A stretch of 46,245 bases of DNA from an uncultured bacterium (GTDB lineage Bacteria; Bacillota; CAZWXO01), in assembly GCA_964637885.1 (NCBI GenBank), contig CAZWXO010000005.1:1-46245 (forward strand). Direction: 5' to 3'. Shown here in pieces: positions 18,806 to 30,300 of this stretch; the stretch's first letter is position 1, and each line of letters opens with the position of its first letter. Under the pieces are notes generated by a model. The model did no database searches. It was not told the origin of the DNA and saw only the letters and a program-made list of their open reading frames with translations. The position numbers were made by a program, and so were the translations under genes.

Positions 18806-18834
18806 TTGCAGTTAATTTTATCCTTGGTTAAAAT
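18806..18834 (+). promoter_or_regulatory. Putative sigmaA promoter of uvrBAC
   Basis: TTGCAG (18806-18811)-N17-TAAAAT (18829-18834). Confidence 0.5.
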
Positions 18835-18920
18835 GAGGTTTGGCCACTTGTGCAAATTCCTATTTTGTTATGGAATAGGTTGACGACAATGGTCGGGGAT
18901 AGAAGGTGGAGTGAAGAACA

Positions 18921-21020
18921 ATGCATGAAAACAATTTTAAACTAAGGGCTGCTTACCACCCGACGGGGGATCAGCCGGAGGCGATTCAGGCGCTCGTCGC
19001 CGGGGTGGAATCGGGGCAGCGCTGCCAAACATTGTTGGGGGTGACCGGGTCCGGGAAGACCTTTACAATGGCCAACGTTATCGCCCAAACCGGTCGTCCG
19101 GCATTGATTATCGCGCACAACAAGACGCTAGCTGCGCAGCTATGCAGCGAATTCAGGGAGTTCTTCCCCGAAAACGCTGTTGAATATTTCGTCAGCTATT
19201 ACGATTATTATCAGCCAGAGGCTTATCTCCCGCAATCGGACACATATATCGAAAAGGATGCTTCGGTTAACGATGAGATTGACAAGCTGCGGCATTCGGC
19301 GACGATGTCTCTCTTTGAGCGGCGGGATGTCATCATCGTCGCCTCGGTTTCTTGTATCTATGGACTAGGCTCGCCGGAAGAGTATAGCGAGCTCGTGCTT
19401 TCCCTGAGGCCGGGCATGGAAAAGAGCCGCGAGGCACTGGTGCGCCGCTTAGTCGAGATCCAATACGAGCGCAACGACATCGCCTTGGAGCGGAACCGCT
19501 TTCGGGTTCGTGGGGATGTAGTGGAGATTTTTCCAGCGTCCTATACCTCTCGGGCAATTCGGGTCGAGTTGCTTGGTGACGAGATTGAAAAAATAACGGA
19601 AATCGATGTTTTGACGGGGCAGGTCATCGGTAGTCGTAACCATGTCGCGATCTATCCAGCCTCGCATTATGTCACCTCTACGGAGACAAGGGAGAGGGCG
19701 ATTGGCGGCATCGAAGCTGAGCTTGAAACCCAACTGGCATATTTTCGCGCTAACAATAAATTGCTCGAAGCCCAGCGCCTCGAACAACGCACCCGCTACG
19801 ATTTAGAAATGATGGAACAGTTGGGCTACTGCAACGGCATCGAAAATTATTCCAGGCATCTGTCGGGACGGGCTCCCGGCCAGGCGCCTTATACATTGTT
19901 GGATTTTTTCCCCGAAGACTGGCTATTGTTTGTCGATGAATCTCATCAGACATTGCCCCAGGTACGGGCGATGTACGCTGGGGATCGTTCCCGGAAAGAA
20001 GTTCTGGTAGCAAATGGCTTCCGACTCCCCTCGGCTTTTGACAATCGTCCGTTGCAATTCGAGGAGTTTAAGGCGACGGTCAAGCAGAGCATTTTCGTTT
20101 CGGCAACGCCAGGGGATTACGAATTAGGGGAATCGAGCCAGGTGGCCGAGCAGCTGATTCGCCCGACAGGACTGGTCGACCCCGAGGTCACAGTTAGCCC
20201 TGTCGAAGGACAGGTCGACGACCTGATTCATCAAATCCGGATTCAAGTCAGCAAGGGAGATCGCACCCTGGTAACTACTCTGACCAAGAAAATGGCGGAA
20301 GACCTCACCACCTATTTAGACGACGCCGATATCCGCGTCCGCTATCTACACTCGGAAATCGCGACTTTGGATCGGATGCGGATTATCCACGAGCTGCGAG
20401 CCGGGGAATACGATGTCCTGGTCGGAATCAATCTGCTGCGGGAGGGCCTTGATCTGCCGGAGGTTTCCTTGGTGGCAATTCTTGATGCGGACAAGGAGGG
20501 CTTTCTCCGTTCCGAGCGATCACTGATTCAGACGATGGGGCGGGCCGCCCGTAATGTCGACGGGAGGGTCATTCTCTATGCGGATAAGATTACCGATTCC
20601 ATGGCGAGGGCGATGGATGAAACGCGGCGGCGGCGGGAAAAACAAGTTGCCTACAATGAAGCCAACGGGATCACTCCCCAGAGTATCAAAAAGAACCTGC
20701 AGGAAATTATTGAGGCGACCAAGGTGGCAGAAGTTGCCGGCAATTATCGACTGGATAAAGAGAGCAAGGATGAGGCGGCCCAAATGGCGCAAGCCTTGCG
20801 AGGGGAAATGCAGGAAGCTGCCAAGCTATTGCAATTTGAGCGGGCTGCGGAATTGCGTGACGCCATCGCGGAGCTGGAAGCGGCGGTGGGTATTCACTCG
20901 GATTTGTACGTACTGCGGCCAGCCCAAGCTAAACGGACGCAGCCTGGGGCTCCCGGGGCATCGAGTAAAGGCGGTCGCCGCAGTAGCCGCAATAAAGATG
21001 GCAAACCCAAACGCAAGTAA
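18921..21020 (+). CDS. uvrB: Excinuclease ABC subunit B
   Basis: [44 protein letters not shown] and the C-terminal UVR motif FERAAELRD. Confidence 0.98.
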   Translation: MHENNFKLRAAYHPTGDQPEAIQALVAGVESGQRCQTLLGVTGSGKTFTMANVIAQTGRPALIIAHNKTLAAQLCSEFREFFPENAVEYFVSYYDYYQPEAYLPQSDTYIEKDASVNDEIDKLRHSATMSLFERRDVIIVASVSCIYGLGSPEEYSELVLSLRPGMEKSREALVRRLVEIQYERNDIALERNRFRVRGDVVEIFPASYTSRAIRVELLGDEIEKITEIDVLTGQVIGSRNHVAIYPASHYVTSTETRERAIGGIEAELETQLAYFRANNKLLEAQRLEQRTRYDLEMMEQLGYCNGIENYSRHLSGRAPGQAPYTLLDFFPEDWLLFVDESHQTLPQVRAMYAGDRSRKEVLVANGFRLPSAFDNRPLQFEEFKATVKQSIFVSATPGDYELGESSQVAEQLIRPTGLVDPEVTVSPVEGQVDDLIHQIRIQVSKGDRTLVTTLTKKMAEDLTTYLDDADIRVRYLHSEIATLDRMRIIHELRAGEYDVLVGINLLREGLDLPEVSLVAILDADKEGFLRSERSLIQTMGRAARNVDGRVILYADKITDSMARAMDETRRRREKQVAYNEANGITPQSIKKNLQEIIEATKVAEVAGNYRLDKESKDEAAQMAQALRGEMQEAAKLLQFERAAELRDAIAELEAAVGIHSDLYVLRPAQAKRTQPGAPGASSKGGRRSSRNKDGKPKRK

Positions 21021-21054
21021 TCGTGCAGTTATTTAATATTCACAACAAATTTTA

Positions 21055-23883
21055 GTGGAGCAGGTGCATTTTTTGGATAAGATAATCATTAAAGGAGCTC
21101 GGCAGCATAATCTTAAAAATATTGATCTCGAACTTCCTCGGGACAGGTTGATTGTTTTTACGGGACTGTCCGGATCGGGCAAGTCTTCCCTGGCTTTTGA
21201 TACGATTTATGCCGAAGGGCAGCGACGGTATGTCGAGTCATTGTCGTCGTATGCTCGCCAGTTTCTGGGGCAGATGGATAAACCGGATGTGGACCAGATC
21301 GATGGATTGTCCCCGGCAATTTCTATCGATCAGAAAACTACCAACCGGAACCCGCGTTCGACGGTGGGAACTGTAACCGAAGTTTACGATTATATGCGGC
21401 TGATGTATGCCCGCATCGGTGTGCCTCATTGTCCTGAGTGTGGCAAGGTGATTGCCCGGCAGACGGTGGACCAGGTGGTGGATCAGCTAATGGAGCTTCC
21501 GGAGGCAACCAAATTGGTACTCCTTGCCCCACTGATCCGCGGACGTAAAGGCGAGCACAAAAAAATCATCACGGACCTAATGTCCCGGGGCTACACCCGG
21601 GTTAGAGTTGACGGCGAAATGCAGGAAATCAGTGAAGATATCGAGCTAGATCGCAATCGCAAGCATACCATCGAAGCAGTTGTGGATCGGATAGTTATCA
21701 AGGAAGGCATCGCCTCCCGTTTAGCCGACTCTCTGGAAACAGCCTTTGCTTTGGGAGATGGGCTGGCGCTAGCCCTCCCCGCTCAAGGCGGCGAAATGCT
21801 TTTTTCCCAGGATCTGGCCTGCCCGGATTGCAACTTCGCCCTCGAAGAATTGACACCGCGGATGTTTTCCTTTAACAGCCCTTATGGTGCGTGTCCGGTT
21901 TGCGATGGCTTGGGGGTCAAAAAAGAGGTGGACTTGAGCCTGGTTGTGCCCGATCCAACCAAGCCCTTGCTCGAAGCAGTCGTGGCCTTAAATCGTTCTC
22001 CAGACAGTTGGTTTTCCCAGGCGATGGCTTCAGTGGCTAAGCACTACGGGGTCGATCCGCAAACACCTTTTGAGAAAGTGCCACAGAAAACACAGCAGGT
22101 CATTTTATACGGCTCCGGGAGCGAGGCTATTGAAATGCGCTATGTGGGCGATGACGGGCGTGTCTGGCAAAACCGTCGCCCTTTTGAGGGGGTTATCCCC
22201 CGTCTAGTGCGCTTTTACAAGGATTCGACCTCGGAGCATGTCCGCGAGGAAGTCGATCATTACATGAATGAAGTGCCTTGCCCGACATGTCATGGGCAGC
22301 GGCTGAAGCCGGAAGTGCTGGCGGTGAAAGTCGGGGGGCTTTCCATCAGCCAGACGACAACAATGTCGGTGCGGGACGCCTTGGCTTTTTATCAGCACCT
22401 AACCTTGGGGCAACGGGATCAGACGATTGCCCGGGATATTCTTAAAGAGATTGTTGCGCGACTGGGTTTCCTGGTCGCTGTCGGCCTCGATTATCTGACT
22501 CTTGAACGCATGGCAGGCAGTTTATCCGGTGGGGAGTCCCAGCGGATCCGTCTGGCAACCCAGATTGGGTCGGCCTTGGTGGGAGTATTGTATGTCCTGG
22601 ACGAGCCAAGTATCGGGCTGCATCAGCGGGATAATGCGATGTTGCTTAAAACACTGCTACACCTTAGAGATCTGGGCAATACACTGATTGTGGTGGAGCA
22701 CGATGAAGACACCGTCCGGGCGGCTGATTTTATTGTCGATATCGGCCCCGGCGCCGGTAAGCACGGTGGAGAGATTGTGGCTTATGGAGGGCTACAGGAT
22801 GTCATGGATGAACCGCGCTCGATTACCGGGGCCTACTTTGCTGGTCGTCAAGGGATTCCCTTGCCAGAGAAGCGGCGCCGCCCGGAGAAATGGCTCAAAA
22901 TCTTAGGAGCAGAGGAGAATAATTTAAAAAATATCGATGTCGATATTCCTCTGGGCTGTTTTACGGCTGTGACGGGAGTCTCCGGATCGGGTAAAAGCTC
23001 CTTGATCAATGAAATCCTGCATAAAAGGTTGGCGCAGGCTCTACACGGGGCCCGGAAGCGGCCAGGCAAGCATCATGCGATCAAGGGACTGATTCACGTC
23101 GACAAGGTTATCGACATCGATCAATCTCCGATAGGGCGGACGCCTCGCTCCAACCCGGCCACCTACACCGGTGTCTTCGACAGTATCCGCGAGCTTTTTT
23201 CCTTGACGGCGGAGGCCAAAGCACGCGGCTACAAACCGGGGCGGTTTTCTTTTAATGTGCGGGGGGGCAGATGTGAGGCTTGCTCGGGCGATGGAATCAT
23301 TAAAATCGAGATGCATTTTTTGCCGGATGTGTATGTACCCTGCGAGGTCTGCAAAGGAAAGAGATACAATCGCGAGACTCTGGAGGTGCAGTACAAAGGG
23401 CGCAATATTGCTGAAGTTTTGGATATGACTGTTGAGGAAGCCTGGGAGTTTTTTCAGAACATTCCTAAAATCGAGCGCAAACTGCGGACCTTGTCCGAAG
23501 TTGGCTTGGGCTATATTCATCTGGGGCAGTCGGCGACGACTCTGTCCGGGGGCGAAGCTCAACGGGTCAAACTGGCCACCGAGCTTTCCCGGCGCAGCAC
23601 CGGCAAGACCTTATATATTTTAGACGAACCGACGACAGGTTTGCATATGGATGATATTTCCCGACTGTTACTGATGTTGCAGCGCCTGGTGGAGAATGGG
23701 GACAGCGTCGTCGTTATTGAGCATAACCTGGATGTGATAAAAACAGCGGATTATGTCATCGACTTGGGGCCCGAAGGCGGGGATCGAGGCGGTGAAGTCT
23801 TGGTGGCCGGGACGCCTGAGGAAGTGGCGGCTTTCGCTGATTCCTATACCGGTACATATCTGGCGAAGGTCCTGGCGCCGTGA
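21055..23883 (+). CDS. uvrA: Excinuclease ABC subunit A
   Basis: GARQHNLKN, two ABC cassettes (GLSGSGKSS; GVSGSGKSS), zinc fingers, LSGGE signatures. A TTG at 21073 is an alternative start. Confidence 0.98.
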   Translation: MEQVHFLDKIIIKGARQHNLKNIDLELPRDRLIVFTGLSGSGKSSLAFDTIYAEGQRRYVESLSSYARQFLGQMDKPDVDQIDGLSPAISIDQKTTNRNPRSTVGTVTEVYDYMRLMYARIGVPHCPECGKVIARQTVDQVVDQLMELPEATKLVLLAPLIRGRKGEHKKIITDLMSRGYTRVRVDGEMQEISEDIELDRNRKHTIEAVVDRIVIKEGIASRLADSLETAFALGDGLALALPAQGGEMLFSQDLACPDCNFALEELTPRMFSFNSPYGACPVCDGLGVKKEVDLSLVVPDPTKPLLEAVVALNRSPDSWFSQAMASVAKHYGVDPQTPFEKVPQKTQQVILYGSGSEAIEMRYVGDDGRVWQNRRPFEGVIPRLVRFYKDSTSEHVREEVDHYMNEVPCPTCHGQRLKPEVLAVKVGGLSISQTTTMSVRDALAFYQHLTLGQRDQTIARDILKEIVARLGFLVAVGLDYLTLERMAGSLSGGESQRIRLATQIGSALVGVLYVLDEPSIGLHQRDNAMLLKTLLHLRDLGNTLIVVEHDEDTVRAADFIVDIGPGAGKHGGEIVAYGGLQDVMDEPRSITGAYFAGRQGIPLPEKRRRPEKWLKILGAEENNLKNIDVDIPLGCFTAVTGVSGSGKSSLINEILHKRLAQALHGARKRPGKHHAIKGLIHVDKVIDIDQSPIGRTPRSNPATYTGVFDSIRELFSLTAEAKARGYKPGRFSFNVRGGRCEACSGDGIIKIEMHFLPDVYVPCEVCKGKRYNRETLEVQYKGRNIAEVLDMTVEEAWEFFQNIPKIERKLRTLSEVGLGYIHLGQSATTLSGGEAQRVKLATELSRRSTGKTLYILDEPTTGLHMDDISRLLLMLQRLVENGDSVVVIEHNLDVIKTADYVIDLGPEGGDRGGEVLVAGTPEEVAAFADSYTGTYLAKVLAP

Positions 23884-25733
23884 AGGGGGCAGAGCTTTCC
23901 GGGCAATTGCAGGCACGCTTAGCGGCTTTGCCGGAGGCTCCCGGAGTCTACCTGATGAAGGACGCCAAGGGAAAAATCATTTATATTGGTAAAGCGATCC
24001 TCTTGAAGAACCGGGTCCGCTCATATTTTCAGGAAAGCAAAGGCATGGCGGCCCGCACCCGTATGATGGTCAGCAAGATCGATGAGATCGATTGGATTGT
24101 GACCGATTCGGAAATGGAAGCGCTGGTTTTGGAGTGCAGCCTGATCAAGCAGCATCGCCCCTACTTTAACATACGGCTCAAGGACGATAAGTCTTATCCC
24201 TATTTAAAAATTACTCTTGGCGAGGAATGGCCCCGGATGTTTTTAACCCGAACGCTGGTGCGGGATGGTTCCCGCTACTTTGGTCCCTACACCAATGTCA
24301 CCGAAGTGCGGCAGTTGTTACGGACCTTGGAGAAAGTTTTTCCCTTGCGCCAATGTTCGGGTGATGCTCCCCGGGAAAAGGGGCGAGGCTGCCTGAATCG
24401 CCAGATTGGACTCTGCCTAGGTCCGTGCCTTGGCGGAGCCAGCTCCGGACAGTATCGGGATCTGGTCAACGAAGCTATCATGTTCTTCGAGGGGCGTGGC
24501 GATTCCCTGCTGCGGCATCTTAAACAGGAAATGGAAAAGGCGGCTACAGCCTTTGCTTATGAAGATGCGGCGCGCTACCGCGACCAATTGCAAGCCGTGA
24601 CGCAGGTGGTGGCGCGACAAAAGGTTTTGCGGGAAGGCGGTGGCGACATGGATGCTATCGCTTGGGCCCGGAGCAAGGATGAAACTTCTGTTTCGATTTT
24701 TATTATTCGCAGTGGGCGGCTTGTGCGCCAGGAAAACCTATGGCTGACAGCTTCAGAGGGGTATGCTGACGGGCAGCTGGCCAGTGAGACGATTAAACAG
24801 TTTTATGGCGAAGGGATCCAGGTGCCCAAGGAGATTTTATTGCTGCATCGCCCGGATGATTATGCTTTGCTGACAGACTGGCTGTCGCATTTGCGAGGTG
24901 GGAGTGCGGAGCTCCAGGTGCCGCAACGGGGCTTAAAAAAAGAGATAGTCCAGATGGCGGAAAAAAATGCCGCTGAGATTTTACGCCGTGAGACGCTGCG
25001 GTTGCAGATGGAAACGACGCAGGTGGCGGAAGCGCTGCAAAGCCTGGCCAAGCATCTGACGTTGCCGGAGGAACCGCAGCGCATCGAATGCTTTGATATT
25101 TCGAATATTCAGGGGAGCGAGCCGGTTGCTTCGATGGTTGTCTTTACGGATGGGCGCAAGGATACCGCCAGCTATCGCCGTTTTAAAATTCGCGGGCTGG
25201 AGGGACCGGATGATTTTGCCATGATGGCTCAGGTGCTGCGCCGGCGCTGGCAGAATCAAGCGGAGCGTGGCGAAGCATTTGCCCTTACTCCCCAGTTACT
25301 GGTCGTCGATGGCGGGCGGGGGCAGGTCAGTGCCGCCGCAGCTGTTCTCAGGGAAGTCGGACAGGAGGATTTAATGTTGATTGGCCTGGCGAAGAAAAAC
25401 GAGGAAATCTGGCGGCCTGGCCGCAGTGAGCCCCTGTGCCTGGCCAAGGACGATCCAGGTCTCCACCTCCTGCAGAGGGTGCGGGATGAAGCGCATCGCT
25501 TTGCGATCACGTATCACCGCAAGTTAAGGGATAACCGCACCTTGCATTCACGCTTGGACGAAGTCAAGGGGGTTGGTCCGGCCAAGCGGACCTTGCTCCT
25601 GCGAACCTTTGGCTCAATTGATACTATTAGTCGCCTGACGCCGGAAGAAATCGCCGCTGTTCCGGGTATCACCATCGAAATAGCGGAGGAAATCAAAGCT
25701 GCGCTTAATTCGTTGCCCCAGAACCGTGTTTAA
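23880..25733 (+). CDS. uvrC: Excinuclease ABC subunit C
   Basis: GIY-YIG (GVYLM...IYIGKA), [29 protein letters not shown] and C-terminal HhH motifs. Confidence 0.97.
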   Translation: MKGAELSGQLQARLAALPEAPGVYLMKDAKGKIIYIGKAILLKNRVRSYFQESKGMAARTRMMVSKIDEIDWIVTDSEMEALVLECSLIKQHRPYFNIRLKDDKSYPYLKITLGEEWPRMFLTRTLVRDGSRYFGPYTNVTEVRQLLRTLEKVFPLRQCSGDAPREKGRGCLNRQIGLCLGPCLGGASSGQYRDLVNEAIMFFEGRGDSLLRHLKQEMEKAATAFAYEDAARYRDQLQAVTQVVARQKVLREGGGDMDAIAWARSKDETSVSIFIIRSGRLVRQENLWLTASEGYADGQLASETIKQFYGEGIQVPKEILLLHRPDDYALLTDWLSHLRGGSAELQVPQRGLKKEIVQMAEKNAAEILRRETLRLQMETTQVAEALQSLAKHLTLPEEPQRIECFDISNIQGSEPVASMVVFTDGRKDTASYRRFKIRGLEGPDDFAMMAQVLRRRWQNQAERGEAFALTPQLLVVDGGRGQVSAAAAVLREVGQEDLMLIGLAKKNEEIWRPGRSEPLCLAKDDPGLHLLQRVRDEAHRFAITYHRKLRDNRTLHSRLDEVKGVGPAKRTLLLRTFGSIDTISRLTPEEIAAVPGITIEIAEEIKAALNSLPQNRV

Positions 25734-25790
25734 CCTGGCGCACAGATGCGCTATAATGATATGCACACAAAATTTGGAGGTAGATGGTTA

Positions 25791-26765
25791 ATGAGAATCC
25801 TTTCCGGTATCCAGCCTTCGGGGAATTTACATTTAGGTAATTACTTTGCGATGATGCAGCGCATGATCCAGCAGCAGGACGAGCACGAGTTATACTGTTT
25901 TTTGGTCAACCTGCATGCCTTGACCTCGGTCTTCGATCCTGACAAACTTCGTCAGCAGACTTTTGAAGCTGCCTGCGACTTTCTAGCTCTCGGCCTCGAT
26001 CCAGAGAAGGCCGTCTTTTATGTTCAATCGGATGTTCCCGAGGTCACCGAGCTGACCTGGCTTCTCTCCAACGTGACGGGAATGGGATTGCTGGAGAGAG
26101 GGCACTCCTACAAAGATAAGACTGCTAAAGGCATTCCTGCCAGCCACGGGCTTTTTTCTTATCCGGTGCTGATGGCAGCCGATATCCTGCTCTATGGAGC
26201 GGATCGGGTCCCCGTCGGCAAGGATCAGAAGCAACATTTGGAGATGGCGCGGGATATCGCCAATAGCTTTAATACGACCTACGGCGAAGTCTTTGTCATT
26301 CCCGAACCGGACATCGCGGAAGATGTCGCCATGGTCCCTGGAATCGATGGCCTTAAAATGTCCAAATCCTACGGCAACACGATTGACATTTTTGCCAGTG
26401 AAAAAGAGGTGCGGGATAAAGTGATGCGCATCACCACCGACTCGACTCCTGTCGATCAGCCAAAACCCTTGGAGGACAATACGCTTTTGGAAATTTACTC
26501 GTTGTTTTTAGATAAGGCTGGCCGAGAGGATCTCCGGCAGCGATTTCTCACTCCGGGGCTGAAGTATGGTGAAATGAAGAAAGAACTTTTTGGGGTAGTG
26601 TGGGAATATTTTGCGCCGTATCGTGTCGAGCACGCCAAATTGGTTGACAATCGGGACCACGTTGTCCAGGTAATGCGACGCGGAGCCGAGAAGGCCCGGG
26701 CGACGGCCAGCATCTATTTAGAGAAGGCCCGCCATGCGGTTGGACTCGACTACGCCACAAAGTAA
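25791..26765 (+). CDS. trpS: Tryptophanyl-tRNA synthetase
   Basis: SGIQPSGNLHLGNY (HIGH-like), YPVLMAADIL, VPVGKDQKQH and KMSKS. GGAGG RBS before the ATG at 25791. Confidence 0.96.
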   Translation: MRILSGIQPSGNLHLGNYFAMMQRMIQQQDEHELYCFLVNLHALTSVFDPDKLRQQTFEAACDFLALGLDPEKAVFYVQSDVPEVTELTWLLSNVTGMGLLERGHSYKDKTAKGIPASHGLFSYPVLMAADILLYGADRVPVGKDQKQHLEMARDIANSFNTTYGEVFVIPEPDIAEDVAMVPGIDGLKMSKSYGNTIDIFASEKEVRDKVMRITTDSTPVDQPKPLEDNTLLEIYSLFLDKAGREDLRQRFLTPGLKYGEMKKELFGVVWEYFAPYRVEHAKLVDNRDHVVQVMRRGAEKARATASIYLEKARHAVGLDYATK

Positions 26766-26778
26766 GGAGGGCGAAGCT

Positions 26779-26928
26779 ATGTTGTACGGAATCATTTTCG
26801 CCGGGGTTTTTTGGGTATCTTTTTTGACCGCGACAGTATATCGCGTCGAGCGGCAAAATCGCAAAATTATTGATTTATTAGAAGACATTCGGATGAAAAC
26901 CATCGATGCGGACTGGAAAAAAGAATAG
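26779..26928 (+). CDS. Small single-TM membrane protein (49 aa)
   Basis: Strong RBS AAGGAGG, hydrophobic N-terminus MLYGIIFAGVFWVSFLTATVY, then a charged helix. Lies between trpS and a terminator. Confidence 0.65.
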   Translation: MLYGIIFAGVFWVSFLTATVYRVERQNRKIIDLLEDIRMKTIDADWKKE

Positions 26929-26963
26929 CTGAAACGCTTCCGGCTCAGCATGTTTCCGATTAG

Positions 26964-27018
26964 AAAACCCTTGGCGAAGTTGCGCTTATATCCGCACTTC
27001 TTCGCCAAGGGTTTTTTT
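26964..27018. terminator. Bidirectional intrinsic terminator between convergent genes
   Basis: Perfect 16-bp inverted repeat AAAACCCTTGGCGAAG / CTTCGCCAAGGGTTTT with A/T tracts on both sides. Confidence 0.85.
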
Positions 27019-27036
27019 GACGCTCCGAATGGCAGA

Positions 27037-27819
27037 TTATTTAATCGCGAACTGGCAAGTGACGACGGCCGTGATGTCCTTGTCGATGGAGCTGGTGTCG
27101 TTCATTCCGTAATCGGATACTTCGTTGGAATAAAGCGGAGTAATCTGGATGACTCCCATTTTTGCGAAGCGCAGCTCTCCGACTTTGCTGCCGGCACTTT
27201 CGGCGATTTGTTCCGCGCGGAGGCGGGCATCCTTTGTCGCTTCCGATAGCATTTCCACTTTGAGATCGGCAATTTGGGTGTAGATATATTGCGGTGGATC
27301 CGAGCTGAAGTCGACCCCTTCGTTGATCAGGTCTGTGGCTTTGCGGGAAAGCTCAGTGATTTTTTCGACATCGGAGGACCGAATCGTCACGCTTTGCCCC
27401 AGCTGATAGGCGCTGACGTAGTTGCTATAGTTTCCGTTAGGTAAAATTTCGTAAATCGGCGTAGTATTAATCGACGAAAAGACCATGTCTGTCTCTTTAA
27501 GACCTTGATCGACAAAATAGTTCTTAACTTTTTCCTGGTTGCCCTTTAATTGGGCGTAAGCCTCGGAGGTGGAAAACGATGTGGCGGAAAAATAGCCGCT
27601 CCAGACAATCAAGTCCGAAGTAATTGGCTTTTTCGCTGACCCTGTAACCGTAATCGTCGTGTCTTGGGATTTGATTTTGACAAGTCCTCCCGTGGTGATG
27701 GCTGCGGACAAGACTAGCCCCAAGGCCAAGATTGAGGCGATTAAGGCATAGCCCACTAGGCGGACCTTCAATTTATCATCTTTCCAGCTATTAGGTTTTG
27801 CTCCTTTGACTGGTTCCAT
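27037..27819 (-). CDS. SIMPL (DUF541) domain protein
   Basis: N-terminal TM, ITVTGSAKK, EATKDARLRAEQIAESAGSKVG and the KxxxxVVxxxF C-terminus. Confidence 0.85.
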   Translation of the reverse strand: MEPVKGAKPNSWKDDKLKVRLVGYALIASILALGLVLSAAITTGGLVKIKSQDTTITVTGSAKKPITSDLIVWSGYFSATSFSTSEAYAQLKGNQEKVKNYFVDQGLKETDMVFSSINTTPIYEILPNGNYSNYVSAYQLGQSVTIRSSDVEKITELSRKATDLINEGVDFSSDPPQYIYTQIADLKVEMLSEATKDARLRAEQIAESAGSKVGELRFAKMGVIQITPLYSNEVSDYGMNDTSSIDKDITAVVTCQFAIK

Positions 27820-27925
27820 AAAATCATCTCCTTTTTCCGTTTTTCAGTTTCTCAGACTGAGTGGCAATCTATTTTGTTCCTGAGACTAACTGGCTTTGTT
27901 TTTCGACATTATCATTCTTCGTCTA

Positions 27926-27952
27926 ATTCGACATAAATATGCGGAATCCTTT
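27926..27952 (-). promoter_or_regulatory. Putative sigmaH promoter for the SIMPL gene
   Basis: Minus strand AAAGGATT-N12-GTCGAAT, a close match to the sigmaH consensus. Confidence 0.6.
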
Positions 27953-28084
27953 GTTTTAAAAAAAATTGCTAAGAAGTATTATATTTTCAACGGTTGCTAT
28001 GCTAATATGTAATGGAAGAGATGGTAGAAACAAAAGTTAGCTTTTAAAACTTAATTTGGATCTCACATTATGAGGAGGATAAAA

Positions 28085-29290
28085 ATGAAGAATGATCAGC
28101 TCCTAAGGGTCCATACTAATACAAAATGCCGTAAAAAGCCTGATTTGGAGAAGCTGAGTTTTCTAATGCCTGGGGAAGCGGGCGTGGTGGAAAGATTTCA
28201 CCAAAGCATCCCAGGTTATTCCCCGACTCCGCTGCATAATCTAAAAGCGCTGGCTAAAATGTACGGACTGGGGGGCATCTGGGTCAAAGATGAGTCCCTC
28301 CGTTTTGGTCTTAATTCCTTTAAAGCTTTGGGTGGCATCGCAGCTGTTGCCAAAATTGTTGCCGAGCGGCTTGAGCTGGACCCTGGCGAGCTGGACTATT
28401 CTCAGTTGGTGGCGGAGGAAACAAAGGAAAAACTGGGGGAAGTCACTTTTATTACGGCTACCGACGGCAATCACGGCCGGGGTATTGCCTGGGCGGCGCA
28501 GCAAATGGGGCAAAAGGCGGTGGTCTTGCTCCCGGCTGGCACGGCGAGTCAGCGCTTGCAGGCAATTCTTGATTTGGGAGCTGAGGCAGAGATTGTGGAA
28601 TTGAATTACGACGATGCTGTGCGTTTAGCCGCGAAAAAGGCTAAAAAGAATAATTGGATTCTGGTCCAGGACACCGCTTCCAACGGTTATGAGAAGGTTC
28701 CCCGTTGGGTGATGCAGGGCTATATGACGATGGCGGCTGAGGCCTCCAGGCAGATGTCTGATGCCGGCGCAGGGGCACCAACGCACATTTTTTTGCAGGC
28801 TGGCGTTGGCTCGATGGCGGCGGCGGTGCTGGGGTGGTTTGTCGTTAATCAGACTGAGAGCATTCCCCGGGTGGCGATTGTCGAGCCGGCCGATGCGGCT
28901 TGTTTTTACAAATCCTTGCGTAAAGCTGACGGCAAGGCCTATAAAGTTGCCGGCGACATGGAGACGATGATGGCTGGTCTGGCCTGTGGCGAGCCGAATC
29001 CTTTGGCCTGGAAAATCGTGCGGGACTACGCCTCCTGGGGGATCAAGTGTGCGGATTACGTCGCCGCTCGCGGGATGCGGATGCTAAAGAATCCTTTGTC
29101 AGGCGACCCGGAGATCGTCTCGGGAGAATCGGGGGCGGTTGGCCTGGGTGTCTTGGCGATGTTGATGGAAAATTCGATGAATCGCGAAACCGTCCAAGAG
29201 ATGGGCCTCAACGAGTCATCCCAGGTCCTCTTGATCAGCACTGAAGGAAATACCGATCCGATCAATTATCAGCGTGTTTTATGGGGATGA
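28085..29290 (+). CDS. dpaL: Diaminopropionate ammonia-lyase (PLP-dependent, fold type II)
   Basis: YSPTPL, KDESLRFGLNSFKALGG (PLP Lys), TATDGNHGRG, QDTA, LQAGVGSMA, MAGLACGEP, SGESGA and STEG motifs. Confidence 0.92.
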   Translation: MKNDQLLRVHTNTKCRKKPDLEKLSFLMPGEAGVVERFHQSIPGYSPTPLHNLKALAKMYGLGGIWVKDESLRFGLNSFKALGGIAAVAKIVAERLELDPGELDYSQLVAEETKEKLGEVTFITATDGNHGRGIAWAAQQMGQKAVVLLPAGTASQRLQAILDLGAEAEIVELNYDDAVRLAAKKAKKNNWILVQDTASNGYEKVPRWVMQGYMTMAAEASRQMSDAGAGAPTHIFLQAGVGSMAAAVLGWFVVNQTESIPRVAIVEPADAACFYKSLRKADGKAYKVAGDMETMMAGLACGEPNPLAWKIVRDYASWGIKCADYVAARGMRMLKNPLSGDPEIVSGESGAVGLGVLAMLMENSMNRETVQEMGLNESSQVLLISTEGNTDPINYQRVLWG

Positions 29291-29322
29291 GTTAGCAAAT
29301 CAATGGAGAGAGTGGATTAGAG

Positions 29323-30285
29323 ATGGAAGCAAAGCCGAAAATCTTAGTCGTCGATGATCAAAAAACCAATTTGGCTCTTTTGCGCCTGCAGTTAAAAGAA
29401 TACGAGATCAAGGAAGCTCAAACCAGCGGTGAGGCGATGAAGCATTTTGCCAATTGGCAGCCGGATTTGGTCATCATGGACATGCTAATGCCGGGGATGG
29501 ATGGATTCTCATTGTTGTCGGTCTTGCGGAAGTCGGCCAAAGAAGACCGGACCCCGATTATTACTTTGACGGCCCTCGACGCCGTGGAAGATAAGGTCCG
29601 TTGCTTGGATTTGGGGGCGGATGTCTATCTGGCTAAGCCATTTGCAGTGGCGGAACTTAAAGCGATGATTCGCTCCTTGCTGCGCTCTCATGAATATACC
29701 GGCGAGCTTTTGTCACTTAAAGACTTAACTTTAAATTTGGCCGTCAGGCTGGAGGAAGATGACCGCTATTTCGCGGGACATTCCCAGAGGGTGGCTGGGT
29801 ATGCCTATGAGTTGGTTCGGGCGACGACACCCCTCAAGGCGGATCGGGAGCAGGTGCGGATGGCTGCGCTGCTCCACGACATCGGCAAATTCAGCGTCAA
29901 CAACGGGATTTATCATAAAGAGGGCTCTTTGTCGGAGGAAGATTGGGACATCATCAAGGCTCATCCGGTGCGTGGTGGGAAAATCCTAAGCGAATATTCG
30001 GGGTTTTCCACGATTGTCTCGTATGTCAAGCATCATCATGAGCACTGGGACGGAAGTGGTTATCCTGAGGGGCTAACCAAGCTTGCCATTCCTACGGGTG
30101 CAAGAATTATTGGCATTGCCGATGCCTACGATGCGATGCTACATGGCCGCGCGTACCGAGCAGCATTGACCCCTGAAGCGGCGATTGCCGAACTGGAAAA
30201 AGGCAAGGAAACCTTTTGGGATCCAAAGCTTTGTGACACTTTTATCGGTCTTTTTCACGAGGGCAAACTTGCGACAATTGTTTGA
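29323..30285 (+). CDS. REC-HD-GYP c-di-GMP phosphodiesterase (RpfG-like)
   Basis: REC (VVDD, IMDMLMP, KP), then GHSQRV, LHDIGK, HHEHWDGSGYPEGL and ADAYDAM. Confidence 0.9.
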   Translation: MEAKPKILVVDDQKTNLALLRLQLKEYEIKEAQTSGEAMKHFANWQPDLVIMDMLMPGMDGFSLLSVLRKSAKEDRTPIITLTALDAVEDKVRCLDLGADVYLAKPFAVAELKAMIRSLLRSHEYTGELLSLKDLTLNLAVRLEEDDRYFAGHSQRVAGYAYELVRATTPLKADREQVRMAALLHDIGKFSVNNGIYHKEGSLSEEDWDIIKAHPVRGGKILSEYSGFSTIVSYVKHHHEHWDGSGYPEGLTKLAIPTGARIIGIADAYDAMLHGRAYRAALTPEAAIAELEKGKETFWDPKLCDTFIGLFHEGKLATIV

Positions 30286-30300
30286 TTGGTTTGTGGTAAA

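Noticed and set aside
26964-27018. Long perfect inverted repeat as a possible MITE/REP element
   Set aside because: No second copy or target-site duplication was seen, and its position between convergent genes fits a bidirectional terminator.
29288-29320. dpaL ends in TGA slightly earlier than homologues I recall; possible selenocysteine read-through
   Set aside because: No SECIS-like hairpin is evident, the position is not catalytic, and the extension is unremarkable.
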